Below are positions 55,090 through 63,467 of a stretch of 64,000 nucleotides of DNA, piece after piece. Origin of the DNA: Lentisphaerota bacterium (GTDB taxonomy: Bacteria > Verrucomicrobiota > Kiritimatiellia > UBA8416 > JAUUYL01); contig JAUUYL010000005.1 of assembly GCA_030590485.1 (NCBI GenBank), forward strand, positions 6,084 to 70,083, written 5' to 3'. A program made the translations under genes and the position numbers. Under the pieces are notes generated by a model, which was not told the origin of the DNA, made no database searches, and worked only from the letters and a program-made list of their open reading frames with translations. Within the stretch, counting starts at the first letter, position 1; the number at the start of each line of letters is the position of its first letter.

Positions 55090-56079
55090 TCACTTATCAG
55101 TCATCATTTCCTCATATTGATTGGCCCAATATGAGATCACAAGGTCTGTACCTGCTCTAACCATGGCAGTAGTAGACTCCCTGACCATTTCTTTGAGATC
55201 ACCCCAGCCCCTGTCTGCAGATGCTATCAATGCGGAGTACTCACCACTGACATTGTACGCTGCAATCGGCAGGTCAGTGCAATCTCGGAGCTGAGAAATT
55301 ATATCAAGATAAAGCAGGGCTGGCTTGACCATGAGTATGTCAGCGCCTTCCTCTTCATCCATGAGTGACTCCCTGATTGCCTGTTTGGGATCTCCGTATG
55401 ACTGTTGGTATGCCTTGCGGTCACCAGACTGGGGTGCTGATTTCTCTGCCTCTCTGAACGGACCGTACATCGATGATGCAAATTTGGTTGAATAACTCAT
55501 TATCAGTGTATCCTGATAACCAGATGAATCGAGCTCGGCACGGATAGCGCCGACCTGTCCATCCATCATGGCGCTGGGCGCTACGATGTCGGCGCCGGAT
55601 TTAGCATGGGAAAGAGCGATTTGAGCCAGAGAGTGGTTTGTTACATCGTTATTGACCGTGCCATCCGGGTCCAAAATGCCGCAATGACCATGATCAGTAT
55701 ACGCGCACATGCATACGTCTGTCAGGATTACAAGGTGGGGATATGCTGAGCGAACGGTCTGGACTGCCTCTTGAACTACCCCGTTCTCGGCATAAGCTGA
55801 AGAGCCTTTTATGTCTTTTGATGTGTCGTCAATGACTCCAAATATCAATACACTGCCGATGCCCGAGTCGACAACAGGTTTGAGATCTTCGACAAGGCAG
55901 TCTGCCGTAAGTCGGGATTGGCCGGGCATGGCGTCAATGGGTTCTCGCCTATTCACGCCTTCAATGACAAAAACAGGCCATATAAACTTCTCTGGACCGG
56001 GCATAGTCATATCGAACATCCGCCGGAGGCCCTCTGACTTGCGCAGTCTGCGTAATCTTGTATGTGGATAACTACTCAT
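55090..56079 (-). CDS. hemB: Porphobilinogen synthase (ALA dehydratase), Zn-type
   Basis: 'RLRRLRKSEGLRRMF', Cys-rich metal site 'DVCMCAYTDHGHCG', and Schiff-base Lys contexts 'MVKPAL' and 'STKFASS'. Confidence 0.95.
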   Translation of the reverse strand: MSSYPHTRLRRLRKSEGLRRMFDMTMPGPEKFIWPVFVIEGVNRREPIDAMPGQSRLTADCLVEDLKPVVDSGIGSVLIFGVIDDTSKDIKGSSAYAENGVVQEAVQTVRSAYPHLVILTDVCMCAYTDHGHCGILDPDGTVNNDVTNHSLAQIALSHAKSGADIVAPSAMMDGQVGAIRAELDSSGYQDTLIMSYSTKFASSMYGPFREAEKSAPQSGDRKAYQQSYGDPKQAIRESLMDEEEGADILMVKPALLYLDIISQLRDCTDLPIAAYNVSGEYSALIASADRGWGDLKEMVRESTTAMVRAGTDLVISYWANQYEEMMTDK

Positions 56080-56160
56080 ATTTTGGATTTTAAACTCTTC
56101 GTAAGCTCAGAGCAAGCGAGATAAAGCGGATTTAGAAGATTGTTTTTATGATCCTTCGCA

Positions 56161-58287
56161 TTATGTGAGGCTAATATTAACGTAATAAGCTGCCAATGTG
56201 CTGATAGCGGACTTGACGGTTGCTTCATCCCCTATGATATCTGACTCGAGATTCATTTTTCCCAGTTCTTTTGCGGTCGGAATGCCTATGGAAAGGATGG
56301 TCTTGCTCGAAAGTGCCTCGGCACCCCACAGTTCAGAGAAGGCCAGGACTGCTGATGCGCTGGCAAAGAATACAGAATCGAAATCAGGTAAGGAGTCATA
56401 TCTTACGGGTTTATTTTCGTACAGAACGCAATCGGTAATATCGGCGCCCAACTTGCCCAATTCTTCTGCCAATGAAGTACCTGCCTTATCAGCACGGAGT
56501 CTCAATATGCGATCGCCTTTGTTGATGCAAGGTTTGATGGTGTTTACGACGGAAGTAGCGTTGAATCCCGAATCGGGCATTGCATCAGGAGTTATGCCTC
56601 TTTTTTTGAACTCATCAGCCGTTCCTGTTCCGCATACGAGTACCTTGGGGACTGAGCGAAGGTCTATATTGTTGGCTGAAGCTATATCAAAGAAACATCG
56701 TGCGGCAGACGGGGAGGTGACAACCATCCAGTCATAGGTCTCGATGTTTGCAATATCATCGATTGCGGCATTTAGAGGGACAAGATCAATAAGGGGGCGT
56801 TGAACGGGTATACCACCCAGATCGGAAGTAATGCGTGAGGCCTTTTCCTGTAGAGCTTCGCTGCATGTCAGAAGAATCTTGTTGCCTTTGAGTGCGCCGT
56901 AGGATGTGTAGGAATATGCAGTGGTTTCACCAACCAGCAGTAACCCCGGGAGAGATGCAAGTGATGAGTGATGAGTGATGAGTGATGAATGGAGCTCGGA
57001 CAACGGTGATTTGATTATTTGTTCATCGTCTGTTCCAGCGGCAAATACGATTGCAGCCGGTGTGTCCGGTGCAACACCATCGTCTGTCAGTTGTTTGGTT
57101 ACTTCTGGTATGGCTTTGGCCGCCATAAAGAAAGCGATGGGCAGCTTAGCGCGTTCGTTACCGTTGACGGGGTCTATTCCTCCGCCCTGCTTGCGAGGAG
57201 TCATTACGCAAAACCCTTTTGAAAGTCCGCGTCTCGTCATCAGCATGCCCGTTGTTGTAGTCGCCAATTGAACGCTGCTGATTCCTGGTATTACCTTATA
57301 AGAGAGCTGAAGCTTGTCGAGTGTCTCTACTTCTTCCGCAAGGCGCCCGAAAATGCCGGGATCGCCGCCTTTGAGCCTTACGACTTTACTGCCGCGCCTG
57401 GCATGTTCTGCAATGAGAGCGTTTATTGCGTTCTGATCAAGATGATGATCACCGCAGCGTTTGCCTGCATCAATTCGCAGTGCGTTAGCGGGCACGTAAT
57501 CAATAAGACCTTGAGGCATGAGTGCATCATGAATACAAACATCGCAGTTTTCGATAGCATTAATACCTGCGAGCGTGCACATGTCTGACGAGCCTATGCC
57601 GGCACCTACAAAATCTACGGACTTTGTAAAGAGGCTTCGGAGGTGTAGCATGGTCTTGTTTTCCGATTTGAAAGTAACAGCAAGATATCCTTGGCCGTCA
57701 GGAGGAGGCAGTTCGTCTTCGGACACCAGTTCGGAGATGCGGTCTTGTAAGTCTAGCCGATTAAGAGCCGCTGCCGCCATGACAAGCATATCGTAATCAC
57801 CATTATCCAATTGTTCCAGGCGACTTTCTATGTTGCCCCGTATATTTTTCAGTATGGCATTTGGAAAGCGGGTGACGCACCATGTTTCGCGACGCTCACT
57901 GCTGATGCCGACTATAGGCTCGGCTTGCAGATCGGCACTTGTTTTTCCCGCCGGCAGGATTATCGCGTCACGAGGATCTTCCTGCCATGGCAGCCAGAAC
58001 CAGTCTATATCATCCGGCATGGGGGATGGCAGATCCTTGGCGCTGTGAACAGCGCAATCTATATCCCCGTTCAATAGGGCGTCGTCGAGGTCTTTGGTGA
58101 AGAAATCCCGGGCGCTTTCACGCAGATCGGTAGATCGATCACGGTCTCCCGGTGACGAGAGTTCAATTATGTCGAATTTTATTGCCGGAAGCATGCCCTC
58201 TATCCGGTCAAGTGCGCCTCGAGCCTGAATGACGGCGAGTCTGCTGGATCGTGTTCCGGTTTTTATGGTTATGGGTCCGTTTGTCAT
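56161..58287 (-). CDS. Triple fusion: HemC-like (domains 1-2 only), uroporphyrinogen-III C-methyltransferase (CobA/SUMT) and uroporphyrinogen-III synthase (HemD)
   Basis: Start ATG 58287 (ATGA overlap with the sirC stop). Residues 1-223 align with E. coli HemC through 'GQG..' ('GTRSSRLAVIQA', 'AVHSAKDLP', 'EDPRDA', 'SSERR', 'RGNIESRLEQLDNGDYD'). The next residues are the SUMT start 'VDFVGAGIGSSDMCTLAG...LKGGDPGIFGR'. The C-terminal ~235 aa are HemD-like. Confidence 0.8.
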   Translation of the reverse strand: MTNGPITIKTGTRSSRLAVIQARGALDRIEGMLPAIKFDIIELSSPGDRDRSTDLRESARDFFTKDLDDALLNGDIDCAVHSAKDLPSPMPDDIDWFWLPWQEDPRDAIILPAGKTSADLQAEPIVGISSERRETWCVTRFPNAILKNIRGNIESRLEQLDNGDYDMLVMAAAALNRLDLQDRISELVSEDELPPPDGQGYLAVTFKSENKTMLHLRSLFTKSVDFVGAGIGSSDMCTLAGINAIENCDVCIHDALMPQGLIDYVPANALRIDAGKRCGDHHLDQNAINALIAEHARRGSKVVRLKGGDPGIFGRLAEEVETLDKLQLSYKVIPGISSVQLATTTTGMLMTRRGLSKGFCVMTPRKQGGGIDPVNGNERAKLPIAFFMAAKAIPEVTKQLTDDGVAPDTPAAIVFAAGTDDEQIIKSPLSELHSSLITHHSSLASLPGLLLVGETTAYSYTSYGALKGNKILLTCSEALQEKASRITSDLGGIPVQRPLIDLVPLNAAIDDIANIETYDWMVVTSPSAARCFFDIASANNIDLRSVPKVLVCGTGTADEFKKRGITPDAMPDSGFNATSVVNTIKPCINKGDRILRLRADKAGTSLAEELGKLGADITDCVLYENKPVRYDSLPDFDSVFFASASAVLAFSELWGAEALSSKTILSIGIPTAKELGKMNLESDIIGDEATVKSAISTLAAYYVNISLT
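56961..56988. repeat. Tandem heptanucleotide array (GTGATGA)x4 inside the coding sequence
   Basis: Read directly. On the coding (minus) strand it is (TCATCAC)x4, encoding 'HSSLITHHSS' at the SUMT-HemD junction. Confidence 0.95.
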
Positions 58288-58799
58288 TCTGAGGTGGTAT
58301 CGTCGGCGGTTATTTCTTCCATATTCTTCAGGAACTCCAGGATGGCATTTTTGATGTCCCGAGCTTCGATGCAGGAGCGTCCGCCGGTGGAAACTGATAT
58401 GGTAATACCGTTGTGCCTGAAGGATGCTGGCGAAACAAAATCGCCATTTCGCCAGTTTCCGTCGATGCAGCAACAAAGAACGCGGTTGTCTCGACATGCG
58501 TTGAGAACGGCATTGTTGACTTCCTCGTTATCGGTTGCTGCGAAGACGAGGCTTTGTTCTTTTATGTCACGCTTATCGAATTTTCGGGCGATATACTTTA
58601 TCTGATTGTTTGACACGAGTTCCTTGAGCCCTTCGCATATTTCGGGGGCGATGACGGTTACATTGGCCAATGCCGAAGTAAGGGTTCGGGCTTTTCTGTT
58701 GGCGACATTGCCTCCGCCGACAATCAGGCATGATTTTGCCTCTACGAGAAGGCTGGCTGGCAATATTGTTTTGGCATCTTTTGGCATTTTGCTTGGCAT
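58284..58799 (-). CDS. sirC: Precorrin-2 dehydrogenase / sirohydrochlorin ferrochelatase (SirC/Met8/CysG-N type)
   Basis: NAD site 'CLIVGGGNVANRKARTL'. About 170 aa. It lies between ahbAB and the SUMT fusion. Confidence 0.8.
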   Translation of the reverse strand: MPSKMPKDAKTILPASLLVEAKSCLIVGGGNVANRKARTLTSALANVTVIAPEICEGLKELVSNNQIKYIARKFDKRDIKEQSLVFAATDNEEVNNAVLNACRDNRVLCCCIDGNWRNGDFVSPASFRHNGITISVSTGGRSCIEARDIKNAILEFLKNMEEITADDTTSE

Positions 58800-58802
58800 C
58801 CT

Positions 58803-59831
58803 CTACTGAAAATATTTCATACTCGTTTTTTTGTATTCCTTTACCGAGCAAAGCATTTTGCCGTCTGAAAGACCAGCATTATTGCCTATTTTCAGGAAAA
58901 GCTGATGTGTTTCGTCCCAGTTTCGAGTGTGTATCATAGCGAAGAGATTGTAAGGAAAGATCGGATCAATAACACGTTGGTAGCAGTGAGTAACTTCCGG
59001 GTTGGAGGCGAGTGCGCGGCCAGCTTCCAACGCCTGGTCTTCGGGTACTGACCAGGTGCACATGGCATTGGCTTTGAAGCCGATTTTGTGATGACGCAGG
59101 ATAACTGCGGTTCGCCTCAGAATGCCGTCCTTCTTCCACGACTTCAGCGTGTTGAGCATGTCCTCTACCTCAAGACCGAGCTGTTTGGCGATGTCTGCAA
59201 AAGGAGTCGGTGTTATGGGGATGTTGCCGTCCATGAGCCGAACGAGTTGTTTCTCCTCCTCCGAGAAGTTTCGAAACGTGTTATTATCCTCTTCCGTAGT
59301 AATCGGTGGAGCGCCGGGGAAACGTTCGCCCTTTTTCAGGTCTGTTGGGTTGAAGATGACATCTATCTTGAATCGGCGTATAGCCGGTAGGATGAGCAGG
59401 TTGGCAGATGCTGTGGCTTCGCGAAGTTTATTGATTTGTGCGTCAAAGTCTTCTGCCGGTGTGGCGAGGGTAAACCAGAGTTCCGGATATGATTCTGCGT
59501 GGGCTGGGAGTGATGTGTCGAGTTCCTCGGGCCAGCCTCTGAGGTAGCAGTGGGTCGTTCCGGAATTTGGGGTTACGAGCGCGGCCAATTCATCCCTGTT
59601 TTCGGGAGTCGTGGTCAGGGCGCATAAAGCACTTTTATATCCCAGTCGTCGTGCATCGAAGATGCCGCCTATACGGCGTGCTTTACCCTCGTCGAACAAT
59701 TGTTTTATCTGCGAAAGAACTTCATCTTCTGAGGATCCGAGTTCTTGTGCAATCGCATTAAAAGGATTTTTTTCAAGGGGCAGTCCTTTTTGAATGGCCA
59801 GCAGTAGTTTACTATTTTGTTCTTGGTTCAT
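58803..59831 (-). CDS. ahbAB: Siroheme decarboxylase, fused AhbA-AhbB (NirD/L/G/H-like duplicated Lrp/AsnC-type fold)
   Basis: From ATG 59831. Two homologous halves are present: 'LLLAIQKGLPLEKNPFNAIAQELG...GTTHCYLR' and 'LVRLMDGNIPITPTPFADIAKQLG...VTHCYQR...PYNLFAMIH'. The C-terminus is '...KKTSMKYFQ'. Confidence 0.85.
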   Translation of the reverse strand: MNQEQNSKLLLAIQKGLPLEKNPFNAIAQELGSSEDEVLSQIKQLFDEGKARRIGGIFDARRLGYKSALCALTTTPENRDELAALVTPNSGTTHCYLRGWPEELDTSLPAHAESYPELWFTLATPAEDFDAQINKLREATASANLLILPAIRRFKIDVIFNPTDLKKGERFPGAPPITTEEDNNTFRNFSEEEKQLVRLMDGNIPITPTPFADIAKQLGLEVEDMLNTLKSWKKDGILRRTAVILRHHKIGFKANAMCTWSVPEDQALEAGRALASNPEVTHCYQRVIDPIFPYNLFAMIHTRNWDETHQLFLKIGNNAGLSDGKMLCSVKEYKKTSMKYFQ

Positions 59832-60993
59832 AATCGCAAGATGGCTCCTCATCCATGTAGTTTCCTGTATGTGCGAGCGCCCTTGCGCGGCATCCGCCGC
59901 ACAGGCGTTTGTATTCGCATCTGCCACATTTTCCCAGGTAGTCTTCAACTCTCCTGAGGTCATTAAATATCTTTGATTCTCTGTACACCTTCATGAAATC
60001 GTAATTGTTGGCTCTTAGGTCGCCTGATGGCATATCAAAAAAACCGCATGGCTGAAGTATGCCGCGATGCGAGATAAAGACAAAGCCACGCCCGCCCATG
60101 CATCCTCCTGATGGGTGACCGCCTTTTTCTGACGACTGCTTTTGGATTCTGGCGTAATGAGGAGCGCATGTTGTCTTGACTCGGATGGGGGAGTTGAGTG
60201 ATGTTTCGTGAATCCAGTGAAGTGCTTTTTCATGCTGTTCGGGAGATATTTCCAGGTCTGTGAGTTCAGAGCCCCTGCCGGTTGGAACAAGGAAAAATGC
60301 GTCAAAGGTCTTTGCGCCGAGATCACACGCCATCTTGTAGATTGCCGGCAGGTCATCTATGTTAAGTTTTGTGACGGTTGTGTTTATCTGAAATGGGATG
60401 CCGGCATCAATAGCATGCTGAAGTCCCGCCATCGTCTTCTTGAATGCTCCAGGTGTGCCGCGGAATTCATCATGTTTTTCTTCCGAGGCTGCATCGATGC
60501 TGATACTGATCGCTTTTATACCAGCAACCTTCATCTGTTGAGCCGTTTCAGGTGTGATAAGGTGACCGCACGGTGCCATTACCGGCTGGAGGCCTTTGTC
60601 CGTCGCATAGCGTGCGATATCAAAAATATCCGGTTGCATCATGGGTTCTCCGCCCGTGAGAATAAGAATGGTTGATGGTTGCTTGCCGCCCGCCTTGACT
60701 TCAGCGGCGGCGGGATGGTTGATGGTTGGAGAGGATTTAGGTAGGTCTGTGGAGATGTTATCAATGACCTTGAAGCATTCTTCGGTCGTAAACTCTTCGG
60801 AATAGTTCTCGTCACGCGCTGAACCTCGACAGTGCCTGCATTTTAGATTACAACGCCGGGTCAATTCCCACGCAATCACGCGTGGGAATGGTTGCCTGTC
60901 CGCCTTCCTGTTCGCCGTAGCCTTGGCGAAGGCGGAAGCTTTAGCGGCGGCGGGATGGTTGATGGTTGATGGTTGATGGGGGGGATGGCTCAT
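59812..60993 (-). CDS. ahbD: Radical SAM/SPASM enzyme of the NirJ family, AhbD-like (haem b synthase); carries in-frame repeat-element insertions
   Basis: 'RVIAWELTRRCNLKCRHCRG' (CX3CX2C) and a C-terminal SPASM Cys cluster 'GKCGRCEYKRLCGGCRARA'. The AhbD versus AhbC assignment rests on the remembered '..AWE.T..CN..C.HCR' pattern and could be swapped with the neighbour. Confidence 0.65.
   Translation of the reverse strand: MSHPPHQPSTINHPAAAKASAFAKATANRKADRQPFPRVIAWELTRRCNLKCRHCRGSARDENYSEEFTTEECFKVIDNISTDLPKSSPTINHPAAAEVKAGGKQPSTILILTGGEPMMQPDIFDIARYATDKGLQPVMAPCGHLITPETAQQMKVAGIKAISISIDAASEEKHDEFRGTPGAFKKTMAGLQHAIDAGIPFQINTTVTKLNIDDLPAIYKMACDLGAKTFDAFFLVPTGRGSELTDLEISPEQHEKALHWIHETSLNSPIRVKTTCAPHYARIQKQSSEKGGHPSGGCMGGRGFVFISHRGILQPCGFFDMPSGDLRANNYDFMKVYRESKIFNDLRRVEDYLGKCGRCEYKRLCGGCRARALAHTGNYMDEEPSCDYEPRTK
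60666..60729. repeat. Composite element, internal copy: (ATGGTTG)x2, GC-rich imperfect palindrome, (GATGGTT)x2, in frame within ahbD
   Basis: GAATGGTTGATGGTTG-CTTGCCGCCCGCCTTGACTTCAGCGGCGGCGG-GATGGTTGATGGTTGG. A 26-nt identity (60703-60728) matches 60943-60968. It encodes 'SSPTINHPAAAEVKAGGKQPS', which is absent from the paralogue at the same position. Confidence 0.85.
60887..60978. repeat. Composite element, 5' copy: ATGGTTG unit, palindromic core, (GATGGTT)x3, at the 5' end of ahbD
   Basis: TCCGCCTTC...GAAGGCGGA (9-bp arms, 60899-60907 and 60928-60936) with nested TTCGCC/GGCGAA. Then AGCGGCGGCGG and (GATGGTT)x3 at 60954-60974. It either encodes the N-terminal extension 'HQPSTINHPAAAKASAFAKATANRKADRQ' or lies in the ahbC-ahbD spacer if the true start is internal. 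Confidence 0.8.
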
Positions 60994-61011
60994 AGCTCAC
61001 CAATTTTCCAA

Positions 61012-62199
61012 TTACTCCAATAATCCAATCTCTTCATCTGTGAGGTAGCAGGCTGGGTCGAAGCCCCATGGGTCGCCGGTAGACGCTTCGCCTCGGGCGC
61101 GGAAGTTACCGCCGCACACGTTGAGAAACTTGCATTTACTGCAGCGTTCGCAGACGTGCGGCATTTTGTTCTTCAGACTCGCTGTCAGCGGATTTGACAT
61201 GTCAGTCCAGATCTCGCTAAAGGGCCTTTCACGCACATTACCTAGAATATGCTGACGCCAGAATTGGTCCGGATGAACTGCGCCGTCCCAGCTGATACAT
61301 CCGATACCATTACCCGTGCTGTTGCCACCGTTCATTTCGAGTAGCTCCATGACCTGTGCCGCGCGCGGGTTACCCTCCTTAAGCATTCGCATATAAAGGT
61401 AGGGTCCATCGCAGTGGTTGTCGACGGTGAGGACTTCCTTCTCCAAGCCTCTGGTTTTCATGTCGGCTGTTCGGTCGATGATATAATCGACCATCTCGCG
61501 GGTTTGTTCGTGGGTAAGGTCGTCTTTGGCAATGTCTGCACCGCGCCCGGTATAGACCAGATGGTAAAAGCATACTCGAGGAACGTCTTCAGCTTCCAAG
61601 AGATCGAATATACCGCCGATATCTTTGGCGTTGTGTTTGGTTATGGTATATCTGAGACCCACCTTGATGCCTGCTTTTTTGCAGGCACGAATGCCGGCCA
61701 GTGCGCCTTGGAATGCACCTTTCACGCCGCGAAATTTATCGTTCGTTGCTTCGAGTCCATCCAGACTTATGCCGACGTATGAAAGGCCGACTTCTTTCAG
61801 TTGTGCAGCCTTTTCTTCGGTTATCAATGTGCCGTTAGTTGAAATGACCGCGCGCATACCTTGGGCCACGGCATAGTTCGCCAGTTCCGGAAGATCTTTC
61901 CTGACCAGTGGTTCGCCGCCTGAGAAGAGAAGGACAGGAGACCCGAAAGAGGCCAGATCATCAATAACGACTCTTGCTTCTTCGGTCGACATCTCATTCT
62001 CGGCTTTGCCCGCGTTAGCCTGGGCATAGCAATGAATACATTTCAGGTTGCATGCGCGTGTGATGTTCCATACAACAACAGGTTTTTTATCCTCTGAAAA
62101 CTGTAAAAGATGGCTGGGCAGCTCGCTGGATTTGCGTCCATAACGAAGTGCGTCTGATGGCTCGACTGTGCCGAGATAAAGTTTTGAAATTCCTATCAT
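61012..62199 (-). CDS. ahbC: Radical SAM/SPASM enzyme of the NirJ family, AhbC-like (Fe-coproporphyrin III synthase)
   Basis: 'VVVWNITRACNLKCIHCYA' (CX3CX2C) and SPASM cluster 'CERCSKCKFLNVCGG'. It is the first gene of the haem operon. The assignment versus AhbD is tentative. Confidence 0.65.
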   Translation of the reverse strand: MIGISKLYLGTVEPSDALRYGRKSSELPSHLLQFSEDKKPVVVWNITRACNLKCIHCYAQANAGKAENEMSTEEARVVIDDLASFGSPVLLFSGGEPLVRKDLPELANYAVAQGMRAVISTNGTLITEEKAAQLKEVGLSYVGISLDGLEATNDKFRGVKGAFQGALAGIRACKKAGIKVGLRYTITKHNAKDIGGIFDLLEAEDVPRVCFYHLVYTGRGADIAKDDLTHEQTREMVDYIIDRTADMKTRGLEKEVLTVDNHCDGPYLYMRMLKEGNPRAAQVMELLEMNGGNSTGNGIGCISWDGAVHPDQFWRQHILGNVRERPFSEIWTDMSNPLTASLKNKMPHVCERCSKCKFLNVCGGNFRARGEASTGDPWGFDPACYLTDEEIGLLE

Positions 62200-62310
62200 A
62201 TCATAACCCCTTTGCGAACTGTGCTGCGGAGGAGAAGTGTCGCTTTAATGGGCATTAATGTCAATATGTCTTATTCTACGGTTATCAGGACAAAGACAAC
62301 ATTTTGTCGG

Positions 62311-63297
62311 TCAGAAGTGATGCTTGTTCAGGTGTTCTTTGATTATCTGCAGTTGCCCTGCCAGATCGGACAGTTCTCTTTGCCAGAAAGCATTTGAGCC
62401 CCATTCGGGATGGTCTGCTTGAAACTTGAAGTCGTCAATCTGCTGACTGCACCATGCGAGAAAGTAAATCAGTCGCATCGCGCGTAATGGTTCGATCAGG
62501 CGAAGGCTGGTGTAGTCGAACTCACGGAACATTTCGTATCCGCGCAGGAGCAGATCCAGTTCACGTTTGCACTCATCGGCATGACCGGGCAGGAGAAGCC
62601 ATAGGTCTTGCACGGGAGGACCTATCATCATGTCGTCGAAATCTATCATCATTATGCCTTCGCCCGGTCGGTTTAGCAGGTTTCCGCAGTGACAATCGCC
62701 ATGGATGCGTATGAACTCGGTATGGTCGAACATGTTGCTTATAAGATCCAGTATTTCTGATGTTACGTCCTCAAACTCACCGCGACATTGCGGCGTGACG
62801 AAGTTGTGATCTATCAGGTGTCGGATATGTTCTTTGGTTGATTCCTGCGGATGGAGATCCGTTCTCTCTGTTGCTTCTTTCTTGCTGCCCACGACGTGAA
62901 CCCTTCCCAGCAGGCGTCCGACACTGAGCCAATCCTTTGGTGAATTCAGTTCCAGCTGGCGTCCGTAACGTTTCTGGAAGATAGTAAAATATATGCCATC
63001 CGCATCTTGCAATGTTTCGCCGTTAGGCATGACCATAGGGGCGATTACGGGGATCTCGTCTGCGGCACAGTCGGCGACGAAATCGTGTTCTTCCTGTAGA
63101 GCTTCGTAGGACCAGCGTCCCGGACGGTAGAACTTGGCGATCAGTCGTTCGTCGTCCATCGTCTGCACTTCATATACGCGGTTAATATAGCTTGGCAGAG
63201 GGGTGGCCAGGCCGGTCATTCTTTGGCCTAATGCCTGCTCGACAGCGTCCAGTATTGTGTCCGGCACTAAATGTTCAAAATCTGCTGCTTCGTTCAA
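62311..63297 (-). CDS. srkA: Stress-response Ser/Thr kinase SrkA/RdoA (YihE) family, APH-like fold
   Basis: 'PLPSYINRVYEVQTMDDERLIAKFYRPGRWS', 'IHGDCHCGNLL' and 'MIDFDD' match the YihE/RdoA pattern. Confidence 0.8.
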   Translation of the reverse strand: MNEAADFEHLVPDTILDAVEQALGQRMTGLATPLPSYINRVYEVQTMDDERLIAKFYRPGRWSYEALQEEHDFVADCAADEIPVIAPMVMPNGETLQDADGIYFTIFQKRYGRQLELNSPKDWLSVGRLLGRVHVVGSKKEATERTDLHPQESTKEHIRHLIDHNFVTPQCRGEFEDVTSEILDLISNMFDHTEFIRIHGDCHCGNLLNRPGEGIMMIDFDDMMIGPPVQDLWLLLPGHADECKRELDLLLRGYEMFREFDYTSLRLIEPLRAMRLIYFLAWCSQQIDDFKFQADHPEWGSNAFWQRELSDLAGQLQIIKEHLNKHHF

Positions 63298-63467
63298 AGT
63301 GGATACCCCGTGTTAGTTGGCGGGAAATATAACAAGGAACGGGGGTCGATACCAGAGTCTTTCTCGATCGAAGGGATGTGCGGTTACGGGGTTTAGGGTT
63401 AAGTAATCCGATGAGTTAGACCCAGGATTCTTTTAAAGAACGTTCCAGGAATGGGAGTGGGCAAGCT

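Noticed and set aside
60864-60889. Perfect 10-bp inverted repeat ATTCCCACGC-AATCAC-GCGTGGGAAT next to the 5' repeat element of ahbD
   Set aside because: It encodes the family-conserved 'PRVIAWE' segment. One 10-bp inverted repeat is roughly what chance predicts in 64 kb. It is possibly an insertion-site feature, but that is not supportable.
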